The notes beneath the pieces were generated by a model that worked only from the letters and a program-made list of their open reading frames with translations, made no database searches and was not told the DNA's origin. Position numbers and translations under genes: made by a program. Of a stretch of 40,814 nucleotides of DNA, positions 17,995-26,798 are shown piece after piece. Source of the stretch: Candidatus Eiseniibacteriota bacterium (GTDB lineage: Bacteria; Eisenbacteria; RBG-16-71-46; SZUA-252). The DNA is taken from NCBI GenBank assembly GCA_031370645.1, contig JANMQV010000076.1:1-40814 (forward strand), in the 5' to 3' direction. How positions within the stretch are numbered: the first letter of the stretch is position 1; every line of letters starts with the position of its first letter.

Positions 17995-19761
17995 ATGCTC
18001 GGTCGCCTCCGCACGCTCCTTCTCGGGTGTCTCGTCGTCGCGGCCGCCGTCATCCCTTACGCGCGCACGCTCGACTACCGATTCGTGTGGGATGACGGCT
18101 ATGTCGTCGGACCGCACCTCGACGTCCGCGGCCCAGGCGATCTGGTCCGACTCTGGAACCTGCCGTTCGACAAGCTCCTGAACGACCAGGTGATGACGCG
18201 AACCTACTTCCGCCCCTCGGTTCTCTACTCCTTGGCGCTCGATCGCGCGGTTTCCGGAGAGAATCCGCGCGGCTTCCACGTCACAAACCTTCTGCTCTAT
18301 GCGGCGGTCTGTCTCTTCCTCTGGCTCTTCGCGTGGGAACTCTCCGGGCGACCGGTGGCCGCGGCGCTCGGCGCGATCCTCTTCGCGCTTCATCCGACGC
18401 ATCCGGAGAGCGTGGCCTTCATCTCCGGACGAACCGACGTCCAGGGCGCGCTCTTTCTCTTCGCGGGGCTTTGGGCCGCGGTGAGATTCGGCCCCGCGAT
18501 CGCGGAGCCGTCCCGAAAGCTCCTGCCGGCGGCGTTACTCCTTCTACCGGGACTCTTCTCGAAGGAGGTCGCGCTCTTCGGCGCCCCTCTCGTCGTGTTG
18601 GCCTTGTGGATCCGCGAAAGGGATCTCTCCCCCGCGTCACTCGCGCGCGCTTCGATTCCGGTCGCGGCAGTGTCGCTCTTCTATCTCGGCTGCCGTTTCG
18701 CGGTCCTGGGGTCGAATCCGATGCCGACCGTGACGCCAGTCGAGGGCGCCGTGGCGCAGATCCTCACCAGCGTGGCGGTTGTGGCGCGCTACATGCCGCT
18801 CCTCCTCGTTCCCATTCACCTATCGGCACGCCACGAGATCGTGGAAGTCCATCACCCCGACCTTGTATTCGCGGCGGGGTTGTTGTTGCTCGCGGCCATG
18901 GGCGCCGGAACCTGGATTCTGGTGAGGAAGCGCTCGGCGTGGTCGGTGCCGCTCGCGCTCTTCGCGGCGACGCTCCTTCCGGTCTGCTATGTGCGGCTTC
19001 TGTCCGGCGCCATCGTCGCGGAGCGATTCCTCTTCGTTCCGAGCGGCGCCCTCGCGATCGCGATCGCGCTGCTGCCGGCCATCCTGACTCGGCGAGCGCC
19101 CGCCCCGCCTTCGCCCCGAGACGCGGGTGGCGTATTCCTCCTCGCGGGGAGCGCGGTGGCGCTCTGGCTCGCGGTTTTACTCTGGCCCCGGGTATCGGTC
19201 TGGAAGGACGACGGCGGCTTGTTCAACTCGATGCTTCGGGATTCGCCCGAGTCGCCCCACATCCACGCGATCGTGGGCGGCTGGTATTACCGCCAGCACG
19301 ACTTCGAGCGCTCCGCGATCCACTACCGCTGGGCCATTCGCCACGCGCCCGAGCGCGCCGGGGAACTCCTCTTCAATCTCGGCGCCGCGGAAAACGACAT
19401 GGGGGAGGTCGACTCCGCGTTCGTGCATATTCGGGCGGTGAACGCGCTCCGACCCGAATTCGGCCAAGGTTGGTTCGCGCTCGGGAATCTCTATCTCCGA
19501 ACGGACCAGCCCGATTCCGCCCTCGCCGCCTACCGGCGCGCGCTACGCCTGACACCGAGTCTCGCGCAGGCGGAGAACAATAGTGGAGCCATCCACGAGC
19601 GGGCGGGTCGAAACGAGGAGGCGCTGGCGGCCTATCGGCGCGCGCTCTTGGCGCTCCCCGATTTCCCCGAGGCGAGGAACAATCTCAAACGGCTGAGTGC
19701 GGAGATGGGCCGTCCTTCGGGGATCGACTCGCTCGGCGCGCACTCCGCTTCGGGGCGTTGA
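17995..19761 (+). CDS. TMTC-like GT-C glycosyltransferase with C-terminal TPRs (protein O-mannosyltransferase-like)
   Basis: FVWDD, YFRP, FHVTNLLL, HPTHPESVAFISGRTD, LFSKE, AERFLFVPS, VWKDD, followed by TPRs. Confidence 0.88.
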   Translation: MLGRLRTLLLGCLVVAAAVIPYARTLDYRFVWDDGYVVGPHLDVRGPGDLVRLWNLPFDKLLNDQVMTRTYFRPSVLYSLALDRAVSGENPRGFHVTNLLLYAAVCLFLWLFAWELSGRPVAAALGAILFALHPTHPESVAFISGRTDVQGALFLFAGLWAAVRFGPAIAEPSRKLLPAALLLLPGLFSKEVALFGAPLVVLALWIRERDLSPASLARASIPVAAVSLFYLGCRFAVLGSNPMPTVTPVEGAVAQILTSVAVVARYMPLLLVPIHLSARHEIVEVHHPDLVFAAGLLLLAAMGAGTWILVRKRSAWSVPLALFAATLLPVCYVRLLSGAIVAERFLFVPSGALAIAIALLPAILTRRAPAPPSPRDAGGVFLLAGSAVALWLAVLLWPRVSVWKDDGGLFNSMLRDSPESPHIHAIVGGWYYRQHDFERSAIHYRWAIRHAPERAGELLFNLGAAENDMGEVDSAFVHIRAVNALRPEFGQGWFALGNLYLRTDQPDSALAAYRRALRLTPSLAQAENNSGAIHERAGRNEEALAAYRRALLALPDFPEARNNLKRLSAEMGRPSGIDSLGAHSASGR

Positions 19762-19877
19762 CGGGCGCTCCCCGTCGCATGACGGAAATTCCCCGCGGCG
19801 CCCGCCGGGAGGGCATACTCCCCCCCACGAGTGACCGGCGCCGCGCCGCGGCCGCCAGGTAGCGTCCGGGGGGACCG

Positions 19878-22277
19878 ATGGACCCGCTGATCGGGAAGAC
19901 GCTCTCGCACTATCGCATCGTCGAACAGATCGGCGCCGGCGGCATGGGCGTCGTCTACCGCGCCGAGGATGAGCGGCTCCATCGAGACGTCGCGCTCAAG
20001 GTCCTTCCATCCGGTCTCCTTCAAAGCGAGCCCGCACGGCGCCGCTTCCGTCGCGAAGCCCATGCGCTATCCCGGATCTCCCATCCCCACATCAGCACGA
20101 TCCTCGATTTCGATACCGATGCCGGGCACGATTTTCTCGTGATGGAATTCGTCGCCGGCGTGACGCTTGCGAAGAAACTGGAGGCGGGGCCGCTGCCGCC
20201 TGCCGAGGTTCTGGACGTGGGCCGCCAGGTCGCGCAAGGCCTCGAAGAAGCCCATGAGCGAGGGATCGTTCACCGCGATCTGAAACCGGCGAACGTGATG
20301 GTGACGCCGAAGGGGTGGATCAAGATCCTCGACTTCGGCGTGGCGAAACTCACCGGCGTGGCCGAAGAGGCATCCACCGAGCACGCGAGCATCACGGAAT
20401 CGAACGCGGTCGTCGGGACGATCGCCTACATGGCGCCGGAGCAGCTCCAAGGAGGGGAGATCGACGCGCGCACCGATCTTCACGCGCTTGGAGCCGTGCT
20501 CTACGAGGCGGCCACGGGCGTCCGTGCGTTCACCGGCGACAGCGTGGGAACCCTGGTGGAGGCGATCCTCCACCGGCGCCCGGCTCCTCCGAGCAGCCGT
20601 GCTCCGGCGCTCTCTCCCGAGTTCGACCAACTCATCGGGCGCGCTCTCGAGAAGGAACCCGAACGCCGCTTCGCCGACGCCGGAGAGATGGTGCGCGCGC
20701 TCGCCGCCATCGGTTCATCCGGCGGGAGCGGTACGACGACCAGTCCCGGGACCGGTAGACGCAAGCAGAGTGCGCGGCGCCGGGCTCTCTTTGTCGCGGT
20801 GGGTGCGGCTGTCGTCGTGGGCGCGCTCGCGTTTCTGCTCGGGGGCTCTCGCCTGCTCCGTCGGGACGCTCCGAAGCCCGGCCTTCTGGGTATTGCCATT
20901 CTCCCGCTTCAAAACCTAAGCGGGGATCCCGCCGAGGATTTCTTCGCCGAGGGGATGACGGAGGCGATCACGACACAGTTGGCGCAAGTCGCGGGTCTCC
21001 GAGTGATTTCCCCCGGGTCCAGCGCTGCCGCCCTCAAAGCGGGAAAGGGGCTTCGCGAAATCGGAAGCCGTCTCGGCGTGGACGCCCTGGTGGAGGGAAG
21101 CATCGTGCGGTCGGCGACCCGGCTCCGCGTGACGGCGAAACTCGTGGACGCGCCGCACGAGCGCTACGTCTGGGCGCAGAGCTATGAGCGGGAATCGGGC
21201 GACGTGATCGCGCTCCAGGGCGAGTTGGCCCTCGCCATCGCGCAGCAGGTTCGAACCCATCTCTCGCCGGCGGACTCGTCGCGACTTTCGGGAGGCGGCT
21301 CCGTCCGCCCGGATGCCTACGAGGCGTATCTGCGCGGCCGATACTTCTGGAATCGAAGGAGCAAGGAGAGCATCGAGAAGGCGCTCGGCTACTTCCAGCG
21401 CGCGATCGAGATCGACCCTCGCTACGCCGCGGCTTACGCGGGGCTCGCCGACGTCTACGCCGTCTACGATCTTTACACGGGCGCGGCGCCGACATGGTCA
21501 TTCCCGCGGGCGCGCGCCGCCGCGCTTCAAGCGATCGCCCTCGACGGAAACCTCGCCGAAGCGCACGCCGCGCTGGGAAGGGTGCTCCTTCACTACGAGT
21601 GGGACTTTCCTCGCGCCGAGGTTGAATTTCGTCGCGCCATCGAGCTCAATCCCAGCTATGCCACGGCTCATCATTGGTACTCGATCTATTTGCGCGACGT
21701 CGGCCGCCCCGAGGCGGCGATTGCCGAGGCAGGGTATGCCGTGTCGAGGGATCCGCTCTCGCTCATCATCAAGACGAATCTAGGCGACACCTACTTCTAC
21801 GCGCGACGCTTCGACGCGGCGGTGGCTCAGCTTCGCGATGCGCTCGCGCTCGACTCGACCTTCGCGCCGGCCCACCTCTACCTCGGAAATGCGCTCGCGC
21901 AGTCGGGCAGGCTCGCCGAGGGTCTTGCCTCCATCGAGCGGGCCCGCACCCTCACCGAGGACAGCGCCTACGGTCTCGGCGCCCTCGGCTACGTGGCGGC
22001 ACGAAGCGGCGACCGGGCTCGCGCGCGCGGGGTGGTCGCGTCCCTTACGGTGCTTCATGGAGTCGGGCGGGCGCGAGCCCTGGACCTGGCCCTCGTCTAC
22101 GCGGGGCTCGGGGAAGTGGAGCCGGCTCTCGCATGGCTCGAGCGCGCCTACACCGAACGCTCCGGGCTGAACGACCTCGCCGTCGACCCGAGATTCGACT
22201 CGATTCGCCGCGCCGCGCGCTTCCGGGCGCTTCTGGGGCGGATCGGGCTAGAGCCTCAGGTAGTGGCCCACCCATAG
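19878..22277 (+). CDS. Membrane-spanning Hanks-type Ser/Thr kinase with TolB-N/FlgO-like and TPR domains
   Basis: GAGGMGVVY, VALKVL, HRDLKPAN, DFG and YMAPE; TM segment ALFVAVGAAVVVGALAFLL; IAILPLQNLS..FFAEGMTE; TPRs. Confidence 0.95.
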   Translation: MDPLIGKTLSHYRIVEQIGAGGMGVVYRAEDERLHRDVALKVLPSGLLQSEPARRRFRREAHALSRISHPHISTILDFDTDAGHDFLVMEFVAGVTLAKKLEAGPLPPAEVLDVGRQVAQGLEEAHERGIVHRDLKPANVMVTPKGWIKILDFGVAKLTGVAEEASTEHASITESNAVVGTIAYMAPEQLQGGEIDARTDLHALGAVLYEAATGVRAFTGDSVGTLVEAILHRRPAPPSSRAPALSPEFDQLIGRALEKEPERRFADAGEMVRALAAIGSSGGSGTTTSPGTGRRKQSARRRALFVAVGAAVVVGALAFLLGGSRLLRRDAPKPGLLGIAILPLQNLSGDPAEDFFAEGMTEAITTQLAQVAGLRVISPGSSAAALKAGKGLREIGSRLGVDALVEGSIVRSATRLRVTAKLVDAPHERYVWAQSYERESGDVIALQGELALAIAQQVRTHLSPADSSRLSGGGSVRPDAYEAYLRGRYFWNRRSKESIEKALGYFQRAIEIDPRYAAAYAGLADVYAVYDLYTGAAPTWSFPRARAAALQAIALDGNLAEAHAALGRVLLHYEWDFPRAEVEFRRAIELNPSYATAHHWYSIYLRDVGRPEAAIAEAGYAVSRDPLSLIIKTNLGDTYFYARRFDAAVAQLRDALALDSTFAPAHLYLGNALAQSGRLAEGLASIERARTLTEDSAYGLGALGYVAARSGDRARARGVVASLTVLHGVGRARALDLALVYAGLGEVEPALAWLERAYTERSGLNDLAVDPRFDSIRRAARFRALLGRIGLEPQVVAHP

Positions 22278-24170
22278 GGTCATGAATCGCAGACGGTGCT
22301 CTTCACTGCCCGGCGTTTCGGGCGGGCCGGCGGCATCGTGGAATCGAAGCGAGATGTCGAGAGCCAGTTTCGGCCGCAGGTAGTACTCGAAGCCCGCCGC
22401 GATGTTTTCGCCGAACCCCCAGCCCGATTCGAGAATTCTGTAATTTGTGTTCGGCACGCGTTGCCTCGATTCCCATCCGTAGGCGCCGATCCCGACAGAA
22501 GCGTAGGGACGAATGCGTCCCTCCGGTCCATGCACGACCGCCTGGAGCGTAAAGGGGTAGACGAAGAACGTGCCGGCCCCTCGCTCCTCGCTTCGGAAGC
22601 GCTGGTACCCGGCCATCATCTCCAATCCGCCGGCGCGAGCCTTGACCCAGAAGTTTCTCCAGAGCAGGAAGCCGGCCGAGTTTCGGTAGTCGTCGCCGAA
22701 TCGACCGCGCGGAAACGCGACGCTCGCCCCGAGAATGGGAGAACCGATGCCGCGCTCGGCCCAGCCGCTTCGTGGTCCGAGCCCCAAGCGCTCGAGCTCA
22801 TGCCGCTCCAGCAATCCCCGCGAATCGTTCACGAGACGCGGATAGCGGAACGCGTAGAGGTAGTACCAGGGCTGGAAGAGATCTTCGACGTACGACTGAA
22901 TGCGCGGGACGCGCCGCACCGTGAACGACGAGTAGCCGATTCCCGGGGCGGGGCGATTCCACCCCGAGTTGAAGGCGGGTCCGAAGGGCGCGCGGTTTCC
23001 CACGTCGGCCATACGCATGGCGCTCCCGATCGACGGCGCGCTCGGAAATCCCCAGCGCGCCGGGAGAAGAAGCCAGAGCCACTCGCGGAGGACTTCGGGA
23101 TTCTTGCGATAGTCGATGCGACTCGGCTCGGGGGTCAGGACGACGTTGAAGTCGCCATGGTCGAGCACCCGCGTCGATTCGGCATCGGCCTTCGACACGC
23201 TTTCCGTGAAGCCCAGTCCCGCCACGGCCTCCCATTCGCCCGCGTAGGGGTAGTTCCCGTGCGAGCCGGAGTTTCGATCGCCCGTGAGGCGTCGCATCGG
23301 GCCGTTCAAGATCGCGTTGGCCCTCCCGCCGACGTAGACGACCGGATGAGTGCCATCGACGATCTCTGGGGCGTAGTGACCGCTCGGCAGTCGTACGCTT
23401 CGATTGTGGAAAAAGTAATGCACCTCCTCGACCGAGTCGCCGCTTGGGGCGATGACGACGTTGACGTGCTCCCAGTCCCCCTCGTGGTTGCCGAGGTAGT
23501 CGTTGAACGGATAGAAGTACCAGTACTGGATGACGACGCGCCCTTCCGCTTCGAGCGAGGGATGGGCGATGACCGTTGGCGTCCCCCAGGCCGCGCCGTC
23601 CGGGCCGGACCGGATGCCGGCGTACGTCTCCCACCATTCCCGCGGAGTCCTCCCCGGAAAATCGAAGTACCAGACTTTTAATTCATCGATCGGGCTCCGA
23701 TACTCGACCGCCGATTCGAGGAGACGCACAAGCGAATCGGGACTCGCCGATCGAAGATCCACCGCGACCGAGCGGCTGAAGCGATAGGGCGACGCGGCGA
23801 TTTCATCGATGTGGAGCGTGTCGTCGAACAGGCGCGGGTCGGTTGGGATCAGCTGAAATTTCCGACCCGCACGCGATACCTCGTCGCCGCGAGGGAGAAC
23901 CAGCGTCGGGGCGAACCGGCGGACCATCGACTCGAGTTCCGGCCGGCGCGATCGCGCGATGCCATCGCCGTGGTAACTCTCTTCGATGGCGCCGAAGAGG
24001 GAATCGGTGGCTTCACGAGCCATCACCATGGGAGGGCGCTGATCGGGGTGGATGAGTTGCAGGTAGCCGGTGCGTTGATCGCGCGTCGCGGCGCAGCCGC
24101 CGAAGGTGGCGATCGCCGCGAGCGCCAGGAGCCAAGCCGAGGCCGCGCGGGTCCGAAACCTCGTGGACAT
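22248..24170 (-). CDS. Lipoprotein with a Vps62/NPP1-like HEGDWE domain and a probable C-terminal outer-membrane beta-barrel
   Basis: ATG at 24170 after GAGAGGG; lipobox FGG-C; IQYWYFYPFNDYLGNHEGDWEHVNV. Amphipathic C-terminal strands RPYASVGIGAY, FGENIAAGFEYY, LDISLRFH and MTLWVGHYLRL. Confidence 0.82.
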   Translation of the reverse strand: MSTRFRTRAASAWLLALAAIATFGGCAATRDQRTGYLQLIHPDQRPPMVMAREATDSLFGAIEESYHGDGIARSRRPELESMVRRFAPTLVLPRGDEVSRAGRKFQLIPTDPRLFDDTLHIDEIAASPYRFSRSVAVDLRSASPDSLVRLLESAVEYRSPIDELKVWYFDFPGRTPREWWETYAGIRSGPDGAAWGTPTVIAHPSLEAEGRVVIQYWYFYPFNDYLGNHEGDWEHVNVVIAPSGDSVEEVHYFFHNRSVRLPSGHYAPEIVDGTHPVVYVGGRANAILNGPMRRLTGDRNSGSHGNYPYAGEWEAVAGLGFTESVSKADAESTRVLDHGDFNVVLTPEPSRIDYRKNPEVLREWLWLLLPARWGFPSAPSIGSAMRMADVGNRAPFGPAFNSGWNRPAPGIGYSSFTVRRVPRIQSYVEDLFQPWYYLYAFRYPRLVNDSRGLLERHELERLGLGPRSGWAERGIGSPILGASVAFPRGRFGDDYRNSAGFLLWRNFWVKARAGGLEMMAGYQRFRSEERGAGTFFVYPFTLQAVVHGPEGRIRPYASVGIGAYGWESRQRVPNTNYRILESGWGFGENIAAGFEYYLRPKLALDISLRFHDAAGPPETPGSEEHRLRFMTLWVGHYLRL

Positions 24171-24420
24171 GGTCCAACCCTCTCGGCCGCGGCGGCGATG
24201 GATCGCGCTCCGATCCAATGGTCCGCGAGTATAGTACGAGGCGCGAATGCTCACGTCGTTCGTCGACGAGCCCGAGCGGGTCACCACGGTGCAAGTGGCG
24301 GAGCGGCTGGCGGTCCCCACGGATCCGGCCGAGCGGGTGATCGGTGGATCGACTTAGCCTTCAAACTGCTATGCTACATCATTTTAGCTCGTTCATAAGC
24401 GAGAGGTGAAAACGACTCTC

Positions 24421-24449
24421 TTGACCATATTTAACCATTAGGTTAAATT
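24421..24449 (+). promoter_or_regulatory. Sigma-70 promoter overlapped by an ArsR-type operator
   Basis: TTGACC (24421-24426)-N17-TAAATT (24444-24449). Perfect inverted repeat ATTTAACC-atta-GGTTAAAT at 24429-24448. Confidence 0.85.
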
Positions 24450-24458
24450 AACACCGCG

Positions 24459-24824
24459 ATGCAGCCGACCCATGCCGACACCCTCGATGCCACCTTCTCT
24501 GCCCTGGCCCACCCGGCCCGCCGCGCGATCCTCGCGCGGCTCTCCTCGGGGGAGGCTTCGGTGACCGAACTCGCGCTCCCGTTCGAGATGACGCTCCCCG
24601 CGGTCTCCAAGCACCTGAAGGTGCTCGAGCGCGCCGGGTTGATCTCGCGCGGCCGGGACGCGCAGTGGCGGCCATGCCGCATTCATGCGGCGCCGCTTCG
24701 GGACGTTTCGGATTGGGTGGAGCCATATCGCCGACTCTGGGACGAGCGCCTCGATCGATTGGAGATGTATCTTCGCGACCTCAACGCGCAGGAGAAGCAA
24801 GATGACAACAGCGAACCGAAGTAA
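24459..24824 (+). CDS. ArsR/SmtB-family transcriptional regulator
   Basis: FSALAHPARRAILARL..SVTELA..AVSKHLKVLERAGLISRGRDAQWRPC. Confidence 0.95.
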   Translation: MQPTHADTLDATFSALAHPARRAILARLSSGEASVTELALPFEMTLPAVSKHLKVLERAGLISRGRDAQWRPCRIHAAPLRDVSDWVEPYRRLWDERLDRLEMYLRDLNAQEKQDDNSEPK

Positions 24825-25368
24825 TCCGAGCGGTGCGACCGATTCCACATTGAAGCCGTCGTCCGCCCCGGCGTCCGACCGCGAGTTCCTGATCTCGCGC
24901 GTGTTCGACGCACCGCGATCGCTCGTCTTCCGGTCGTGGGTCGAGCCGGCGCGGATGGCGCGTTGGTGGGGGCCCGAGGGGATGACGAATCCGGTCTGTG
25001 AACTCGATGTCCGCCCGGGCGGCGCCTATCGCATCGTCATGCGTTCTCCCGAGGGCGCCGAGTACCCAATCAGCGGGAAGTTTCGCGAGATCGTGGAACC
25101 CGAGCGGCTCGTCATGACGATGGATGTCTCCGAGCATCCTCCAGAGTGGCACGACATGATTCGCCCGAACCGCGCGAAGGGGGACGACAATCCGGCCGGT
25201 GAACTCCTCACGACGGTCCTCTTCGAGGAGATCGACGGGAAGACGAAACTCACCGTTCGCACCTTCTTCGAGACGGCGGCCATCCGGGAGGCGATGGTCA
25301 AGATGGGGATGAACGAAGGGTGGTCTTCGAGTCTGGTGCGTCTCACGGCGCTCTTGGCGGACCGATGA
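24802..25368 (+). CDS. SRPBCC/AHSA1 domain protein
   Basis: ISRVFDAPRSLVFRSW..WWGPEG..DVRPGG..FREIVEPERLV..EGWSSSL. ATG at 24802 after GGAG. Confidence 0.93.
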   Translation: MTTANRSNPSGATDSTLKPSSAPASDREFLISRVFDAPRSLVFRSWVEPARMARWWGPEGMTNPVCELDVRPGGAYRIVMRSPEGAEYPISGKFREIVEPERLVMTMDVSEHPPEWHDMIRPNRAKGDDNPAGELLTTVLFEEIDGKTKLTVRTFFETAAIREAMVKMGMNEGWSSSLVRLTALLADR

Positions 25369-25790
25369 ATACGAGCCGATTCGTGCCGATCGCAACCTTC
25401 CTCCTTCGAGTCGTCGCGGGACTTCTCTTCTTCCAGGCCGGAAGCATGAAACATCTCGGATGGTTCGGAGGAATTCCCGGGTCCGACGGTCATCCGGTCG
25501 CGTTGCTCACTCAGGTGGGGATCGGTGGAGCGCTGGAGTTCTACGGCGGGCTCGCGATTCTCCTTGGGCTCTTCACACGTCCCGTCGCGTTCATCCTTTG
25601 CGGCGAAATGGCGGTGGCGTACTGGCAGTTTCACGCCCCGAAGGGCATGTGGCCGATCCAGAACCACGGCGAAGCAGCCGTCCTGTTCTGCTTCATCTTC
25701 CTCTATCTGGCCATGATGGGCGGAGGGGAATGGAGCCTCGATGCGTTCCGACATCGCGCCGGCAAGCAAGCGAGTCCGGGTAAATCGTGA
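25365..25790 (+). CDS. DoxX family membrane protein
   Basis: LLRVVAGLLFF..G.MK, GGALEFYGG..LGLFTRPVAFILCGEMAVAY, NHGE and GGGEWSLD. ATGA overlap with the SRPBCC stop. Confidence 0.93.
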   Translation: MNTSRFVPIATFLLRVVAGLLFFQAGSMKHLGWFGGIPGSDGHPVALLTQVGIGGALEFYGGLAILLGLFTRPVAFILCGEMAVAYWQFHAPKGMWPIQNHGEAAVLFCFIFLYLAMMGGGEWSLDAFRHRAGKQASPGKS

Positions 25791-25866
25791 CCGCAACGGG
25801 CGCTCCTCAGGTATTCTCCCGTGGTGCGGGCCGGGTATCCCGAGCCGCCAGCCATAGGAGGGTTTT

Positions 25867-26514
25867 ATGAAGAACCTGAATTCGGGTTTCAATTCGAGTC
25901 GCGCCGTGGCCGCCGTCGCGCTCATCGCCGCGTTGGCGAGCAGCGGATGCGGCAAGGGCACCGCGGAGGCGGACAAGGAGAAGTCGGAGACGATCCTCTC
26001 CGGTACGACCATCGTCGCCGCGCTTCAGAACACCATCGACACGGGGTCGAACCATGCCGGCGACAAGATCTCGCTTCGCACGCTCGAGGATGTGCGCGTG
26101 AATGAGATGAGCGTCATTCCCTCGGGCGCCACGATCAACGGCGAAGTGACGCATGCGGAAGGAGTCGGCCGCATCAAGGGAGGCGCGGAGCTGACGCTTC
26201 GCTTCACGGAGCTCGTCATGCCCGACGGAAAGAGCTACGCGATTTCGGCCGAGCCGTTCCGCGTACAGGGAAAGAGTGAAGGGAAGTCGAGCGCGCTCCA
26301 GATCGGCGGCGGTGCGGTGGCGGGCGGCGTGCTCGGCGGCCTGCTCGGCGGTAAAGACGATATCGCCAAGGGCGCGGTGGCCGGAGCGGTCATCGGGACG
26401 GGCGTGGCGATCGCCACGAAGGGCGATCAGATCGTGCTGCCGGCGGGCCAGAAGATGAAGGTCACGCTCAACGCGCCGGTCACGGTGGTCACGAAGCCGG
26501 CGGTCACCTCCTAG
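25867..26514 (+). CDS. Lipoprotein with a VirB10/TrbI-like beta domain and glycine zipper
   Basis: RBS AGGAGG; lipobox SSG-C; IPSGATINGEV..LTLRFTEL; GGGAVAGGVLGGLLGG..GAVAGAVIGTG. Confidence 0.85.
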   Translation: MKNLNSGFNSSRAVAAVALIAALASSGCGKGTAEADKEKSETILSGTTIVAALQNTIDTGSNHAGDKISLRTLEDVRVNEMSVIPSGATINGEVTHAEGVGRIKGGAELTLRFTELVMPDGKSYAISAEPFRVQGKSEGKSSALQIGGGAVAGGVLGGLLGGKDDIAKGAVAGAVIGTGVAIATKGDQIVLPAGQKMKVTLNAPVTVVTKPAVTS

Positions 26515-26545
26515 TCGACGCACAACGGGATTAACGTAGATGTCG

Positions 26546-26577
26546 GGCCCCGGCGGCGAGAGTCGCCGGGGCCTTGT
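26546..26577 (+). terminator. Probable intrinsic terminator hairpin
   Basis: ggccccggcggc-GAGA-gtcgccggggcc forms a 12-bp stem (one G-U pair) with a GNRA loop, 31 nt after the stop. The U tail (ttgt) is weak. Confidence 0.6.
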
Positions 26578-26683
26578 CGCGTTTCACGAAGATCGGGCAG
26601 TTAAGAACAAATTCCTGCTCATTTGTACCCAACAGACACAGCTCTGGATCAACCAAGGCGCTCCCCCGTAACGATTTACCTTC

Positions 26684-26699
26684 AGGCACGTCTCCTGCT
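26684..26699 (+). promoter_or_regulatory. Possible sigma-54 promoter
   Basis: AGGCAC-gtctc-CTGCT with GG-N10-GC spacing, about 100 nt upstream of the protease ATG. Confidence 0.5.
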
Positions 26700-26798
26700 A
26701 TCTACCTTTTCGAAGCACTCTCGTAGCGCGCTCGCGGGGGCGAGTGCGTCCAGCTCTTCGGCCACACACCACGATAGGCAACGAAAGGGAGAGTGGCG

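Noticed and set aside
26710-26790. Leader hairpin (gcgcgctcgc-gggg-gcgagtgcgt) before the protease gene as a riboswitch
   Set aside because: It is a single GC-rich hairpin with no aptamer consensus I recognise. An Rfam/Infernal scan would be needed.
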